Below, in pieces: positions 42,263 through 52,227 of a stretch of 64,000 nucleotides of DNA. Every line of letters starts with the position of its first letter. Position 1 is the stretch's first letter. A model generated the notes under the pieces. The model was given only the letters and a program-made list of their open reading frames with translations. It had not been told where the DNA came from and ran no database searches. The stretch comes from Candidatus Cloacimonadales bacterium. GTDB lineage: Bacteria > Cloacimonadota > Cloacimonadia > Cloacimonadales > JAIOQZ01. The translations under genes and the position numbers were made by a program. The stretch is from the NCBI GenBank assembly GCA_963662655.2, contig CAXXTU010000002.1, positions 3,424,001 through 3,488,000 of the forward strand, read 5' to 3'.

Positions 42263-43303
42263 TCAAGATTTATCGGAATGAATGTTCTTTTGGCTTATTT
42301 TCAGCTTGATTCCTTCACCGCAGTTCAGACACATGGGGATGGCCTTGCGGTTCTTCAGGATGATCTGCCTCATCCTGTTGAAACGCTGTCCGCGCCATAT
42401 CTCTTCGATGCTCTGATCCTTCACGTTTCCTACCGGATGATCGACATCTTTGTCGAAGCAGCAAACCGCCATCTCACCGTCCCAGTTGATCACGGGATTG
42501 GTCCAGATACGATAGCACCGGTTCTTCACTTCGTGCTTGAGCTCGAAGTGCTCGCCGTCGATTTTGTAGCGTCTGTACCGGGGATTGGAGGGCATGAAAT
42601 TCAGCATGTCCTCTTTTGTGTAAAGTTGCACGGTCTTCAGGACCATCTGATCCACGCCGAGCCGCTTGGAGAGATTCTTGATCTGCTCGATCTCGTTCTC
42701 GTTGTGTTTCATGACGATGAATTGCCAGATGATCGACGGGGTTCTCGATTTCAAACGCTTCTTCGCCTCGATGATCTTGCGCGCGTTCTCGATTACCTTC
42801 TCGAAGTCGCCGTTGACGCGGTAGCGATTGTAGGTGTCCTGACTCGCGCCGTCCAGGGATACGATCATGGAATCGAGGCCGGAGCGCACGATGTCTTCAG
42901 CGTCGGGCATGATATTGGCGTTCGTGGATGTCATGGAGTAAATCTTGCGCTCCGAGCAATACCTGAACATATCCAGGATGCGCGGATGAAGGAACGGTTC
43001 CCCCTGATTCCAGAAACAGATCATGCTTGTCTTCTGCGCAGATTCATCGACGATCTTTTTGTAGAGATCGAAATCCATGTATCCCTTGGGCCGCTTGAGC
43101 GTTCCGTTACCGGATGGGCACATCGGGCATTTGAGGTTGCAGATATTGGTGGGCTCCAGCATCAGAATGGGCGGGTATTTCCCCACGACCGGTCTCTTGG
43201 TCATGAGTGAAATGCCGTAAGCCGCGTAGGCTTCCGTAAAGTGATACAGGTGCCCGGGCGTATAGGCTTTATGTATGGCGTTAAGGTATTCTTTCAGTAT
43301 CAT
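42263..43303 (-). CDS. Radical SAM protein with SPASM/twitch domain
   Basis: CNLKCPMC, GEPFLHP, SLDG; C-terminal CYRIW...DGEMAVCCFD...VGNV...IW...CLNC; start MILKEY by ATGA overlap. Confidence 0.9.
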   Translation of the reverse strand: MILKEYLNAIHKAYTPGHLYHFTEAYAAYGISLMTKRPVVGKYPPILMLEPTNICNLKCPMCPSGNGTLKRPKGYMDFDLYKKIVDESAQKTSMICFWNQGEPFLHPRILDMFRYCSERKIYSMTSTNANIMPDAEDIVRSGLDSMIVSLDGASQDTYNRYRVNGDFEKVIENARKIIEAKKRLKSRTPSIIWQFIVMKHNENEIEQIKNLSKRLGVDQMVLKTVQLYTKEDMLNFMPSNPRYRRYKIDGEHFELKHEVKNRCYRIWTNPVINWDGEMAVCCFDKDVDHPVGNVKDQSIEEIWRGQRFNRMRQIILKNRKAIPMCLNCGEGIKLKISQKNIHSDKS

Positions 43304-45228
43304 TTCTGTGTTTCTCCCATGCGTTCCATATGGCGGACGAGCAGCATCTCCAGAAAAAACAGCGCTAGCGCCGCGATCAAGAGATATTTCCAAAGCTCGA
43401 ATCCGTACCGCGATGCAAGGATTTCCTGCTGCCAATCTTCGTCCAGCCAAAAGATATTTTCCCCCTCCTCCGAAGCAGGCTGGAAACGGCTTTCGTCGTA
43501 GCGAAGATTGACCGCGAACCTTGTGTCGTTTTCGAGATTACTGTAGATTCCGGGCTGCGTGAGGATCGCATCGCTTCCGGACAACCGGATTTCCGATCCT
43601 TCCGGCAGCTTCACTGCGCGACTTCCGCGAGGGTACAAATCTCCAACCTGAAGATCCTGCGTCAGCAGTCCGCTGGTGGATTGATATTGCAAGCACCGAT
43701 AGGCCAGAACCGGGAAGGCGGAATCGAGCAGGAAGGGGTCGTCCAGGTCGGCGGGATCGAACGTCCAGAATAGACCTTTGACCGTGGCAAGTACAAGCGG
43801 AGCGTTGCCTGCCTGAAGAAGGACATCCCCCAGGATATTCTCCGACTTCGATTCCCAGAATCCGTTGATGCGCGTTTTCTTCAGCTGGGTCTGGTCGAAC
43901 ACCGCGGTGATCGGATGCCAGGCGCTGATCTGGTCGATGGTGCGCGGCGATTTATCGTGAAAGTCTGTTAGATTGATTCCCGTAACTTCCAGAAGATGAT
44001 TTCTCCAGTCATCCGAGAGCAGGGAATCGGCGACGAACAATGTTTTATTCGCAGTGTTCTGCAGCAGGAAATCCAGACGGTGGGAATAGGCCTTGCGGTA
44101 AATCATGATAACCTGATACGGAACGATGTCTTCGTTGCTGAGGTTGTCTTCCAGGAAGTCGATCGTCCCACCCTGCCCGGCGAAGACATCCATGATGGTC
44201 TCGAGTGCGAGGGGCAGTTGAGGCAAATCCGTGATGATTCCAATCTTTGGGCTTGGTTCGTAATAGAAGGTGAACCAGTTGCGATTGTCGTACAGGAGAC
44301 GCTCGTTCTTCACGGATACATAACCGCTGTGCCATCCCGGGCGTTCGAGGTTGATCCGGAAGGTGGACGACTTCGTCTGCTCCGGTTCGATGTCGATAGC
44401 CTGCTCGGCGATCGTCCGGCCGTCGAGGATCAACTGGCAGATGATCCCGTGCTGTGCTTCCGGGGAATGGTTCACCGCTTCGAATTGCAGGTTGTGGCTC
44501 AGGGTCCGGTCAACCAGCGCGATGTCGAGTCTCGCATTCTGGCAGCTAATGTTGTTCTGGGTCTCGTAGCCCCCTGAGCGGATCACATACAGCGGAGTAT
44601 CGGTCGCTTTGGGGTAATCCTGAGCCTGGCGATCCGTGAAGAGCCATATTTCGCGATTGGGAAGCTGGGATTCCTTCAGGAACTCCTCCGCCTTCGCCAC
44701 GGCCTCTTCGGGCGAGATCGTAAGCGGGGATATCTCGATGTTTTGAATCGTCTTTTCGTCTGGTTTTCCGCCTTTGAGATAGCTGTACAGGCTGTTCCAC
44801 TGGTTGTCGAGCGTCATCAGGACGGAGAAATCGCTTTCGTTGAGGAGATCGCCGGCGGCCTTCGCGTTTTTCCTTGCGATATCCAGCGCCGTGCTCGTAT
44901 CGACAAGGTACTCCATGGAGTAGGAGTTATCGATAATGATCGCGACAGCTGTTCGCGGGTGACGTGCGCTGCTCTTGAGGAAGCTGAGTTTAACGGTTGG
45001 ACGGGCCAGTGCCAGAACCGTGAAGAGGATGATCAGCGTGCGGATCAGAAGCAGGAGAAAATTCTTCAGATTGATGCGACGGTTCTGCTTCTGAACGCTG
45101 TTCTGAATGTATCGGATGGTGCTGAAGACGATCACCTGCGGCTTGCGCTTGGCAAACAGGTGTATCAGGAGTGGGATCGCAGCGGCCGCCACGAGAAAGA
45201 GGATTCCGGAATTCAGGAAATGGAGCAT
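43300..45228 (-). CDS. BatA N-terminal domain + vWA domain membrane protein
   Basis: IPLLIHLF.KRK...FS, LLLLIR...ALARP, IIDNSYSM (MIDAS), C-terminal ELWKYLL...LEMLL. Confidence 0.85.
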   Translation of the reverse strand: MLHFLNSGILFLVAAAAIPLLIHLFAKRKPQVIVFSTIRYIQNSVQKQNRRINLKNFLLLLIRTLIILFTVLALARPTVKLSFLKSSARHPRTAVAIIIDNSYSMEYLVDTSTALDIARKNAKAAGDLLNESDFSVLMTLDNQWNSLYSYLKGGKPDEKTIQNIEISPLTISPEEAVAKAEEFLKESQLPNREIWLFTDRQAQDYPKATDTPLYVIRSGGYETQNNISCQNARLDIALVDRTLSHNLQFEAVNHSPEAQHGIICQLILDGRTIAEQAIDIEPEQTKSSTFRINLERPGWHSGYVSVKNERLLYDNRNWFTFYYEPSPKIGIITDLPQLPLALETIMDVFAGQGGTIDFLEDNLSNEDIVPYQVIMIYRKAYSHRLDFLLQNTANKTLFVADSLLSDDWRNHLLEVTGINLTDFHDKSPRTIDQISAWHPITAVFDQTQLKKTRINGFWESKSENILGDVLLQAGNAPLVLATVKGLFWTFDPADLDDPFLLDSAFPVLAYRCLQYQSTSGLLTQDLQVGDLYPRGSRAVKLPEGSEIRLSGSDAILTQPGIYSNLENDTRFAVNLRYDESRFQPASEEGENIFWLDEDWQQEILASRYGFELWKYLLIAALALFFLEMLLVRHMERMGETQK

Positions 45229-46248
45229 CTATATACCCATGGTGATGCTGAGCTGGTACCTGCTGGTATTGCCCTTGAATCCTCGCGACAACATGGAAAA
45301 ATCGAGCCGCGCCATCGAATAGTAATATCCGAATCCCCAACTCTGAAAGACGTTGTCCTCGTTGTCGTATTCCTCGCTGAAAAGACCGAATCGCAAGAAG
45401 AGCGAACTCGGCACGTTTTCGTTCTCACTAAAGGAGAAACCGCGTTCAAGGCCGATATGATAGGTCGGCTCGGGCCTTTTATCGAGCTTCATCTGGGTGG
45501 TGATCAGCAGCTTGTAGGCGTCGTTGCCGAGTTGCATACCCAGGGCGGCTCTCTGCTGCAAAATCTTGTTTTCGTGCTTTCGCCAGTACAGGTGGGAAAG
45601 AAAATCGTAAAAGGTGAGACCGACACGGAGGTATTCGTAGTTGTAGAGCATACCGAAATCGAGGGAGTAGCCGTTCACTTCGTCGTCCGTGAAGTCGTTA
45701 CGCACCCAAAGCGTATCATGTAACGTCTCCGTGAGGTACGTCATGCTACCGACGTGGTATTTGAAGCCGAGTCCCCAGGCGATTTTATCCTCGATATCGC
45801 CCACGCCCATGTGAAAGGTGTCCAGCTCGTATTCGCGGAAAATCCGGTGCTCGGTGTCGTTGTCGTCCGTCCAGTTGTAGTTGTCGTAGGCTCGGTAGAG
45901 CGGATAATAGGCGAATCCCGCTTTCTCGCCGTAGATGGTGAGGTAGTCGAAGCGAGCGGCCTTGAACATGCTGTTGAGCTTGATCATTTCCGAGAAGGAT
46001 TTGTCTTCGTCGGAATCGACCTTCAGCACAGTGCCGATCACGCCGGCTTTTGCGTAGGCCAGCAGGGCGGGGTTGTTGTAAACAATCGCCGGCTCGTTCT
46101 GATAGGTAACGCTCATCGCGCCAAACGAGGACACGATCCCTGAGCGCTGGCGTTCCGGAATGTGGTAATCATAGGTTTCGATCGGCAGTTCAACGCCGAA
46201 GGCGCCAACCGCGATGGTCAGAAGCAGCATCAATAGTGTGTTTTTCAT
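45229..46248 (-). CDS. Outer-membrane beta-barrel protein (PorV/FadL-like)
   Basis: Signal peptide; 'AIVYNNPALLA' plug motif; alternating strands (WGLGFKY, SLDFGMLY, RVGLTF, GFGYYY, YQLSITMGI). Confidence 0.6.
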   Translation of the reverse strand: MKNTLLMLLLTIAVGAFGVELPIETYDYHIPERQRSGIVSSFGAMSVTYQNEPAIVYNNPALLAYAKAGVIGTVLKVDSDEDKSFSEMIKLNSMFKAARFDYLTIYGEKAGFAYYPLYRAYDNYNWTDDNDTEHRIFREYELDTFHMGVGDIEDKIAWGLGFKYHVGSMTYLTETLHDTLWVRNDFTDDEVNGYSLDFGMLYNYEYLRVGLTFYDFLSHLYWRKHENKILQQRAALGMQLGNDAYKLLITTQMKLDKRPEPTYHIGLERGFSFSENENVPSSLFLRFGLFSEEYDNEDNVFQSWGFGYYYSMARLDFSMLSRGFKGNTSRYQLSITMGI

Positions 46249-47357
46249 AGGCGTTTGTCGAAAATCCTGTAGGTTTTATGGATGGTTGCGCCAAGCTTGG
46301 CAGCTGCCTGGTTCATCACGGTGTTGGTCTCGAGAATCCACGATAGCTCACCATCGTGAAATCCCTTCGTCAATCCGTTCTTGTATGTTAGGTAGTGGAA
46401 TACTGCATCGATTCCACGCTTCTGATAGTCTTTGAGAATGCCGAGGGTCAGAATCCTTGCCCGGCGGATTTTGTTCTTGTAGTAGAGCGCTTTGATGAAT
46501 CCGAACGGCAGAATACGCCCGTTGAGCTTGCTCAGAACCATGTTATAATCGGGAAGCGCGACCGAGAATCCGACCGGGGTTCCATCAACTTCCGCGATGT
46601 ATACGAAATCGGGATCCACCACGGGAAGAAGCGCTTTGACCGTGTGGTCGAATTCGGCGCGTGTCATGGGAACGAATCCCCAGTTGTATTCCCACGCCTT
46701 GGTGTAGAGCGTGAAGACAATCTCGATCTCGCTTTTCAGCTTCTTCTTGTCGATTTTGCGTACGGTGAATCCACCACGCTGTTTCGCCCTTTCCGCAAAC
46801 TTCTCCAGACGCTGGTTCATCGCTTCGTCGTGCAGAAGCCAGGCGTAGAGGTCCATCGCTTTTTCGTAACCACAGCCGGAAATCAAGTCCTGATACCAGG
46901 GCGAATTGTGGGGCATCATCACGAAAGGCGGTGTGTCAAATCCCTCGACGAGCAATCCGCATTCGTCGTTCACGGAGAAGTTCAATGGACCGCGAGCCGT
47001 GTCGCAGCCCCGGGCTCGAAGCCATCTTTCGACCTCGTCGAGCAAGGCTCTCGCGATTTCCGTGTTGTGCTCGGACTCGAAGAAACCGAAGAAGCCGATT
47101 TTGTCCTTGTGGAAGTTGTTGTGCTGCGTGTTGGTGTGCGCGCTGATGCGCCCGACGGGTTTTCCGTCGCTCAATGCCAGGAATAGCTGGACCTCCGAGT
47201 GCTCGTAGTAGGGATTCTTCTTTGGATTGAAGAACGCCTTCTGCTCCATGATGAGAGGCGGAACCCAGTTCGGGTCATCGCGGTACAGACGAAAGGGCAG
47301 TTTGATAAACTGCATCAGTTGTTTCTTCGTAGTTACCGGAATGACCTGCACCGGCAT
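46245..47357 (-). CDS. YghO-like tandem GNAT acyltransferase (bacterial ceramide synthase-like family)
   Basis: LY.DDPNWVPPL, VGRISA, GFFGFFE, GLLVEGF, NWGFVP, GRILPFG, ELSWILETN, KTYRIF. Confidence 0.75.
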   Translation of the reverse strand: MPVQVIPVTTKKQLMQFIKLPFRLYRDDPNWVPPLIMEQKAFFNPKKNPYYEHSEVQLFLALSDGKPVGRISAHTNTQHNNFHKDKIGFFGFFESEHNTEIARALLDEVERWLRARGCDTARGPLNFSVNDECGLLVEGFDTPPFVMMPHNSPWYQDLISGCGYEKAMDLYAWLLHDEAMNQRLEKFAERAKQRGGFTVRKIDKKKLKSEIEIVFTLYTKAWEYNWGFVPMTRAEFDHTVKALLPVVDPDFVYIAEVDGTPVGFSVALPDYNMVLSKLNGRILPFGFIKALYYKNKIRRARILTLGILKDYQKRGIDAVFHYLTYKNGLTKGFHDGELSWILETNTVMNQAAAKLGATIHKTYRIFDKRL

Positions 47358-47962
47358 CAGAATTCTCCCAGTCTCTTGGATACGATGAAGTTCAAGACGC
47401 CCATCAGTACGGCGCTAACGCCGAAATACGCGAAGTTCACGTAGTCCAGTCCGATGAACATGTTGGAGATGTAAACGAACAGAACCGGCAATAAGACGAT
47501 CATGTACTGGGCGAAGCGCACCTGCTTGAATTTTCCTACGATGATCAAAGCGAGCAGGGAGGAGGCGATCATCGGCCAGAACGCAAAGAAAGCGATGAAG
47601 CCGTGGAAGCTGAATATCCCGCGACCACCCTTGAAGTTGCGAGTCACCGGCAGGCAGTGCCCGATGATGGACATAAAACCGAAAAGCATCAGCCAACGGT
47701 GATCTGCATAAGTGGAATCGCAGTAGAGCAGGACTTTCTGCAGCAGGAAGAGGTAGGCGTACATCTTGGTGAAATCCACGAGGCCCACCAGAATCCCGAG
47801 CGTCTTGCTCACGTTGCAATAGATATTGGCCGTGTCGGGGTGCCCGGTGCCGACCTTGGTGATTTTCAAGTTTTTAAACGTCTTGGCTACGATCCTCGCT
47901 GTGGAAAAACATCCGATCAGATAGGATAAAAGGGACAATAGTATTGGTAAAATCGCGTGCAT
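47357..47962 (-). CDS. Divergent glycerol-3-phosphate acyltransferase PlsY family protein
   Basis: SYLIG, GTGHPDTAN (cf. GSGNxGxTN), D..K, IGHCLPV..FKGGRG; multiple TM helices. Confidence 0.75.
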   Translation of the reverse strand: MHAILPILLSLLSYLIGCFSTARIVAKTFKNLKITKVGTGHPDTANIYCNVSKTLGILVGLVDFTKMYAYLFLLQKVLLYCDSTYADHRWLMLFGFMSIIGHCLPVTRNFKGGRGIFSFHGFIAFFAFWPMIASSLLALIIVGKFKQVRFAQYMIVLLPVLFVYISNMFIGLDYVNFAYFGVSAVLMGVLNFIVSKRLGEF

Positions 47963-47976
47963 CTATTTTTCTCCAA

Positions 47977-48654
47977 TCAATAACGGGAGCCGAAAATCGC
48001 CGTTCCGATGCGAACGATGTTCGCGCCTTCTTCGATGGCGATTTCAAAATCGTGTGACATCCCCATGGAAAGGTATTTCATTTCAATGTTTTCGATCGAT
48101 TCCCCGGCCACTTGATCGTAGAGCCCACGGAGCAAGCGGAAGCTCTTTCTGATTTCCTGCTCGTCGCCGGTGAAGGGGGCAATGGTCATCAAACCCTTCA
48201 CGTGGAGGTGAGTGAGAGGCGACAGCTCCTTCAGCATGGGAAGAAGCTCTTCGGGTTGAATACCTTCCTTGGAATCTTCCCCGGAAGTGTTTACCTCGAT
48301 GAGAACATCCTGGTGCCGGTCCACTTCTTGCAGGATGGCGTTCAGCTTCACCGCCGTGGTTATCTTATCGAGCGAATGAATCAGCGTGGGATTTAGCGGC
48401 AGAAGCTTTCGTATCTTGTTGGTTTGCAAATGCCCGATAAAATGGAATTCGGTGAACTGGCCTTCCAGCCTCGGAAGCTTCTCTTCCGCTTCCTGAACCC
48501 GGTTCTCGCCGATGATATCGATCCCTTCCGACAAAGCTTCCTGTATGTAATGGGCACTGTGATTCTTCGTGACCGCGATCATTTTCACGTCTTTGCCGTT
48601 CGCGGCTTTCGCGATACGTGCCCTGATTTTTTCGATCCGTTCTTTCAAGCTCAT
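47977..48654 (-). CDS. yggS: Pyridoxal phosphate homeostasis protein
   Basis: AVTK, GENRVQE, HFIGHLQTNK, GLMT, LSMGMS.D...AIEEG...VRIGTAIFG. Confidence 0.96.
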   Translation of the reverse strand: MSLKERIEKIRARIAKAANGKDVKMIAVTKNHSAHYIQEALSEGIDIIGENRVQEAEEKLPRLEGQFTEFHFIGHLQTNKIRKLLPLNPTLIHSLDKITTAVKLNAILQEVDRHQDVLIEVNTSGEDSKEGIQPEELLPMLKELSPLTHLHVKGLMTIAPFTGDEQEIRKSFRLLRGLYDQVAGESIENIEMKYLSMGMSHDFEIAIEEGANIVRIGTAIFGSRY

Positions 48655-49280
48655 GTTTTCTCCCTGAAAATACGATGTAAAAACCTCCCGTCACAACGAG
48701 ATGTCAAGGTTTAATGTAATTTCGCGCGATCCTGCACGATAACTTCAGAATTTTCCTCGATTTATAGAAAATATCGTCGGTTATACGCTGTGGAAAACAT
48801 TTTCACGTTTCGGGGATGCACATAAAAATTTTAGTGGATTGCCTTTGTTAAAAAAGTCGCCGTCAATATGTGCGATAAACAAATTTTACCATAAAAGAAA
48901 AATCCTGTAATGAATCAACTTGACAGCTTTGCATTTTCAGCTAACATATTATTCGTGACAGAGTAATCTCAAAGCGTAAGACCCATGGGGTTAATGAATA
49001 TTAATTCATGAACGTATTGCTATGTTAAATGGTGGATTAGAAAATCTGTTGTTTGGGCCTCTTAACGTCACAATACTTACGGGCTGGACAAATCGGCCTG
49101 TCATGGCAATACAGGTTCGTAAATTGCTGAAATTTCTCATGCGGTTTCGGATGCGTATCGTGCGCATGGCAACTGCGTCAATATCGTAATTGGAAAGAGA
49201 AACAAAATGGTTGGAGAATGTCAGATCGAAACAAACGTTATGGTAAGGACTGCTGCATTTTTTCCCTCTCGGAGTGATTC

Positions 49281-50132
49281 ATGACATCGTCAAAAATCTT
49301 TTTCGAACCTGGCGATTTCATTCTTCTTCGAGAATACATCCTGAAAGAATTCGGTATCCGGATCGGTGACGAGAAGGCTACTTTCATCGAGGGATACCTG
49401 GCAGAACTTGTCGTCGAGAATGGCTGCAGTAGCTTCAAGGAATTCTATCATAAAGCAAAAACGGACATTACCGGTAACATTCGAAACAAGATTATCGACG
49501 CGATAACGATCCATGAGACTTCCTGGTTTCGCGACAACAAGCCCTGGGGGATTGTCGATGAACTGATCATTCCAAGATTCATATCCGATATCCGCTCAGG
49601 AAGAAAGGCACAAATCCAGGTTTGGTCGGCAGGCGTTTCCACGGGCGAAGAGATTTATTCCTTTGCGATGATCTTGGCGGAAGCCCTTCTGCGCTATCCT
49701 ATGATCAAACCGAATACGTTCAGCATCCTCGCGACGGACATCTCTCCCAGCGCTCTCTATCTGGCCATTTCGGGGAGGTACAGTCCCAAGGCCATGAAAC
49801 AGGGGATGATCCCTCATTTCAGGGAGAGATATTTCGCAGACGACAACGGAATCAGCGAGATCGCCGAGAAAATCCGGGAAATGGTAACGTTCAGCCCGTT
49901 TAATCTGTTGCATGATTTCGTGAATATACCGTCTTGCGATTTGATATTCTGTCGCAACGTATCGGTGTATTTCCCTGAAGAGGCCAAGAAGAAGCTGTTC
50001 GATAAATTCTATCACACCATGAATGACGACGGGTACTTATTGATCGGTGAATCGGAAACGCTGGACGGGATATCAAAGAAATTCCGCAAGCACGAATATA
50101 AAAAGAGTAATTACTATGTCGCCAAGAGGTAA
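49281..50132 (+). CDS. cheR: CheR-type protein-glutamate methyltransferase
   Basis: TIHETSWFRD, WSAGVSTGEEIYS, ATDIS, DLIFCRNV..YF, GYLLIGESE. Confidence 0.9.
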   Translation: MTSSKIFFEPGDFILLREYILKEFGIRIGDEKATFIEGYLAELVVENGCSSFKEFYHKAKTDITGNIRNKIIDAITIHETSWFRDNKPWGIVDELIIPRFISDIRSGRKAQIQVWSAGVSTGEEIYSFAMILAEALLRYPMIKPNTFSILATDISPSALYLAISGRYSPKAMKQGMIPHFRERYFADDNGISEIAEKIREMVTFSPFNLLHDFVNIPSCDLIFCRNVSVYFPEEAKKKLFDKFYHTMNDDGYLLIGESETLDGISKKFRKHEYKKSNYYVAKR

Positions 50133-50141
50133 CTTAGCGCT

Positions 50142-50549
50142 ATGAAGATTTTGACTGTTGACGACTCGCGTCTTATGCGGGCAATCATTCGATGCACCGT
50201 TGAATCGCTGGGCTTCGAAGCGCTCGAAGCTTCCAACGGATTTCAGGCTCTGAAGGCTATGAAGAATCATTCCGATGAGATTTGTCTGATTCTTCTGGAC
50301 TGGAATATGCCCGGCATGAGCGGATTTGATTTACTTTTAAAGCTCAAGGCTCACAAGGATTACAGCTCGATACCGATCATGATGGTAACCACCGAGAGCG
50401 AGAGCGAGCATGTCATCGACGCCATTAAAAATGGGGCGACAAACTATCTGAAAAAACCCTTTACACCCGAGACGCTGGTGAATAAAATAACCGAAGTACT
50501 TGGCGAACTGCCTGTTGAATTCAGGGATTCGGAAGAAACGAAAATATAG
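50142..50549 (+). CDS. CheY-like response regulator
   Basis: ILTVDDS, LLDWNMPGMSG, MMVTTE, KKPF. Confidence 0.9.
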   Translation: MKILTVDDSRLMRAIIRCTVESLGFEALEASNGFQALKAMKNHSDEICLILLDWNMPGMSGFDLLLKLKAHKDYSSIPIMMVTTESESEHVIDAIKNGATNYLKKPFTPETLVNKITEVLGELPVEFRDSEETKI

Positions 50550-50557
50550 AGGTATAG

Positions 50558-51409
50558 ATGTATCGAAATACGATTTTGGAGCGCCTCTCTCGCATTGAAG
50601 AAGCTCCAACCATGTTGACCATTGCTTTGGAAATTGACCGGTTATCGAGAAACCCGGATACATCTGCAAACCAAGTCAGCAGCATCATCAGGCTGGACCC
50701 CGCTCTCACGGGTAAGGTTCTGAAGATAGCGAATTCGGCTGTATACGCCTCGCGGCAGCGGATCGTCAGCTTGCAGCAAGCGATCGCCAGGCTCGGATTC
50801 TCGGAGATCCGCCGGATCACGATATCCATCGCCGTTATCAACAGCTTCAAGAATTTTTTCGTCGATTACGAGAAGTTCTGGATCCATTCGATTTCGACGG
50901 CTTATCTTGGCGTTGCTCTGCACAAGAAAGCCGTTCAGCAAACGGAAGAAGACGAAGTATACATCTGTGGAATATTGCATGACATCGGTGTTCTGATTAT
51001 GGATCAGTATTTCACGACAATCTACAAAAAGGTGTTCGAGATTGCGGAGCGTCGTCGTTTCGACCTTCCGGTCGTCGAAGAGAAATTGCTGGGAATATCC
51101 CACGCCGAAGTTGGAGCATTTTTGCTACGGAAATGGAAACTGCCGGACACAATTACAGATGCTGTTCTGAATCATCATACTCCACAACGGGCTAAATCGA
51201 ATCCTGTCGCCACAAGATTGGTTTACCTCTCCAATTTCATCTGCAACAATCGCGGAATCGATAACGGTTGCGGATTCTTTCCGGAGGGATTTTATGATGA
51301 TATTTGGGACGAGCTTGGCTTGAGAGTGGACGAGATACCGTCCATAATCGAATCGGTTATGAAAGAAACTGTGAAGGCCAAGGAGATATTGCGTCTGGGC
51401 GGTCGTTGA
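50558..51409 (+). CDS. HDOD domain protein
   Basis: DPALTGKVLKIANS, FWIHS, GILHDIG, SHAEVGAFL..KWKLP. Confidence 0.92.
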   Translation: MYRNTILERLSRIEEAPTMLTIALEIDRLSRNPDTSANQVSSIIRLDPALTGKVLKIANSAVYASRQRIVSLQQAIARLGFSEIRRITISIAVINSFKNFFVDYEKFWIHSISTAYLGVALHKKAVQQTEEDEVYICGILHDIGVLIMDQYFTTIYKKVFEIAERRRFDLPVVEEKLLGISHAEVGAFLLRKWKLPDTITDAVLNHHTPQRAKSNPVATRLVYLSNFICNNRGIDNGCGFFPEGFYDDIWDELGLRVDEIPSIIESVMKETVKAKEILRLGGR

Positions 51410-52227
51410 TGGACAAAGCGGTGTTCCTCGAGTTGGGCCACAGAAAGGGTTGGAGTGATTTGTTTCATCCGGACGGCCTCTCCGTAGCGTACCGTACGTG
51501 GGAAGAAATGACGGATGAAGATATCGTCGATTACAATATTGTCGCGATCTACCTTGAACACTCCCAGGTAGATCTGATCTATTTCCTTCGCGAAAAGCTT
51601 TCCTACAGACCGGTGGTTATCATTGTTTTCCTGCCGGACGAGGACGCGGATTCGTTTTCGGATTATCTGGCCGCCGGGGCGGATATTGTTCGGGCGCTGC
51701 CGGATGAGGACGAGGACGTTCGGCCTGTCATCAACGAGGCGCGCAAGCATCTCGAGGTGGGGGATCTCCGGCTTGATTCCGTTGCGAACGCTCTGAAGGA
51801 TGCGGTTGACGAAGTCTTCACAACACTGGTTCAGATGCCGGTTACCCTGACGGATTTGCAAAGAACCGAGCTCCATATCAATGGAGACGACCACGCGGCG
51901 GTGATGAATGTTAAGGGCGAGCTAAACGGATTTATCCTGATGGAGCTTCCGTCGGCGTTCGGCGCAACATTGATTTCCAGAATTCTGCCCGTCGATATCA
52001 ACGATTTGGATCGGAACGATGTGACCGAAGCCTTATTCGAGTTTGTAAACATGATCGCCGGAAACACGAAATCACGTCTTAACACGTTTTGCCATGCCTA
52101 CACACTAACGCAGCCCAAGGAACTCGACGAGAAGAACAAACATGAATACATCGGAAAGAAATGCACGGCGCTCCATTTTGAAAACGACCAGAAAAGCAGG
52201 TTCACGATATTCTACCATTTCGCATGA
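51409..52227 (+). CDS. Degenerate receiver-like N-terminus + CheX-like phosphatase domain
   Basis: C-terminal 'EVFTTL...GELNG...EALFEFVNMIAGN' (CheX ExxN motif); start MDKAVF by TGATG overlap. Confidence 0.7.
   Translation: MDKAVFLELGHRKGWSDLFHPDGLSVAYRTWEEMTDEDIVDYNIVAIYLEHSQVDLIYFLREKLSYRPVVIIVFLPDEDADSFSDYLAAGADIVRALPDEDEDVRPVINEARKHLEVGDLRLDSVANALKDAVDEVFTTLVQMPVTLTDLQRTELHINGDDHAAVMNVKGELNGFILMELPSAFGATLISRILPVDINDLDRNDVTEALFEFVNMIAGNTKSRLNTFCHAYTLTQPKELDEKNKHEYIGKKCTALHFENDQKSRFTIFYHFA

Noticed and set aside
48849..48878. Possible sigma-28 promoter (TAAA...TGCGATAA) upstream of cheR
   Set aside because: Spacer is 18 nt, not 15, and the -10 element is imperfect; too weak to call.
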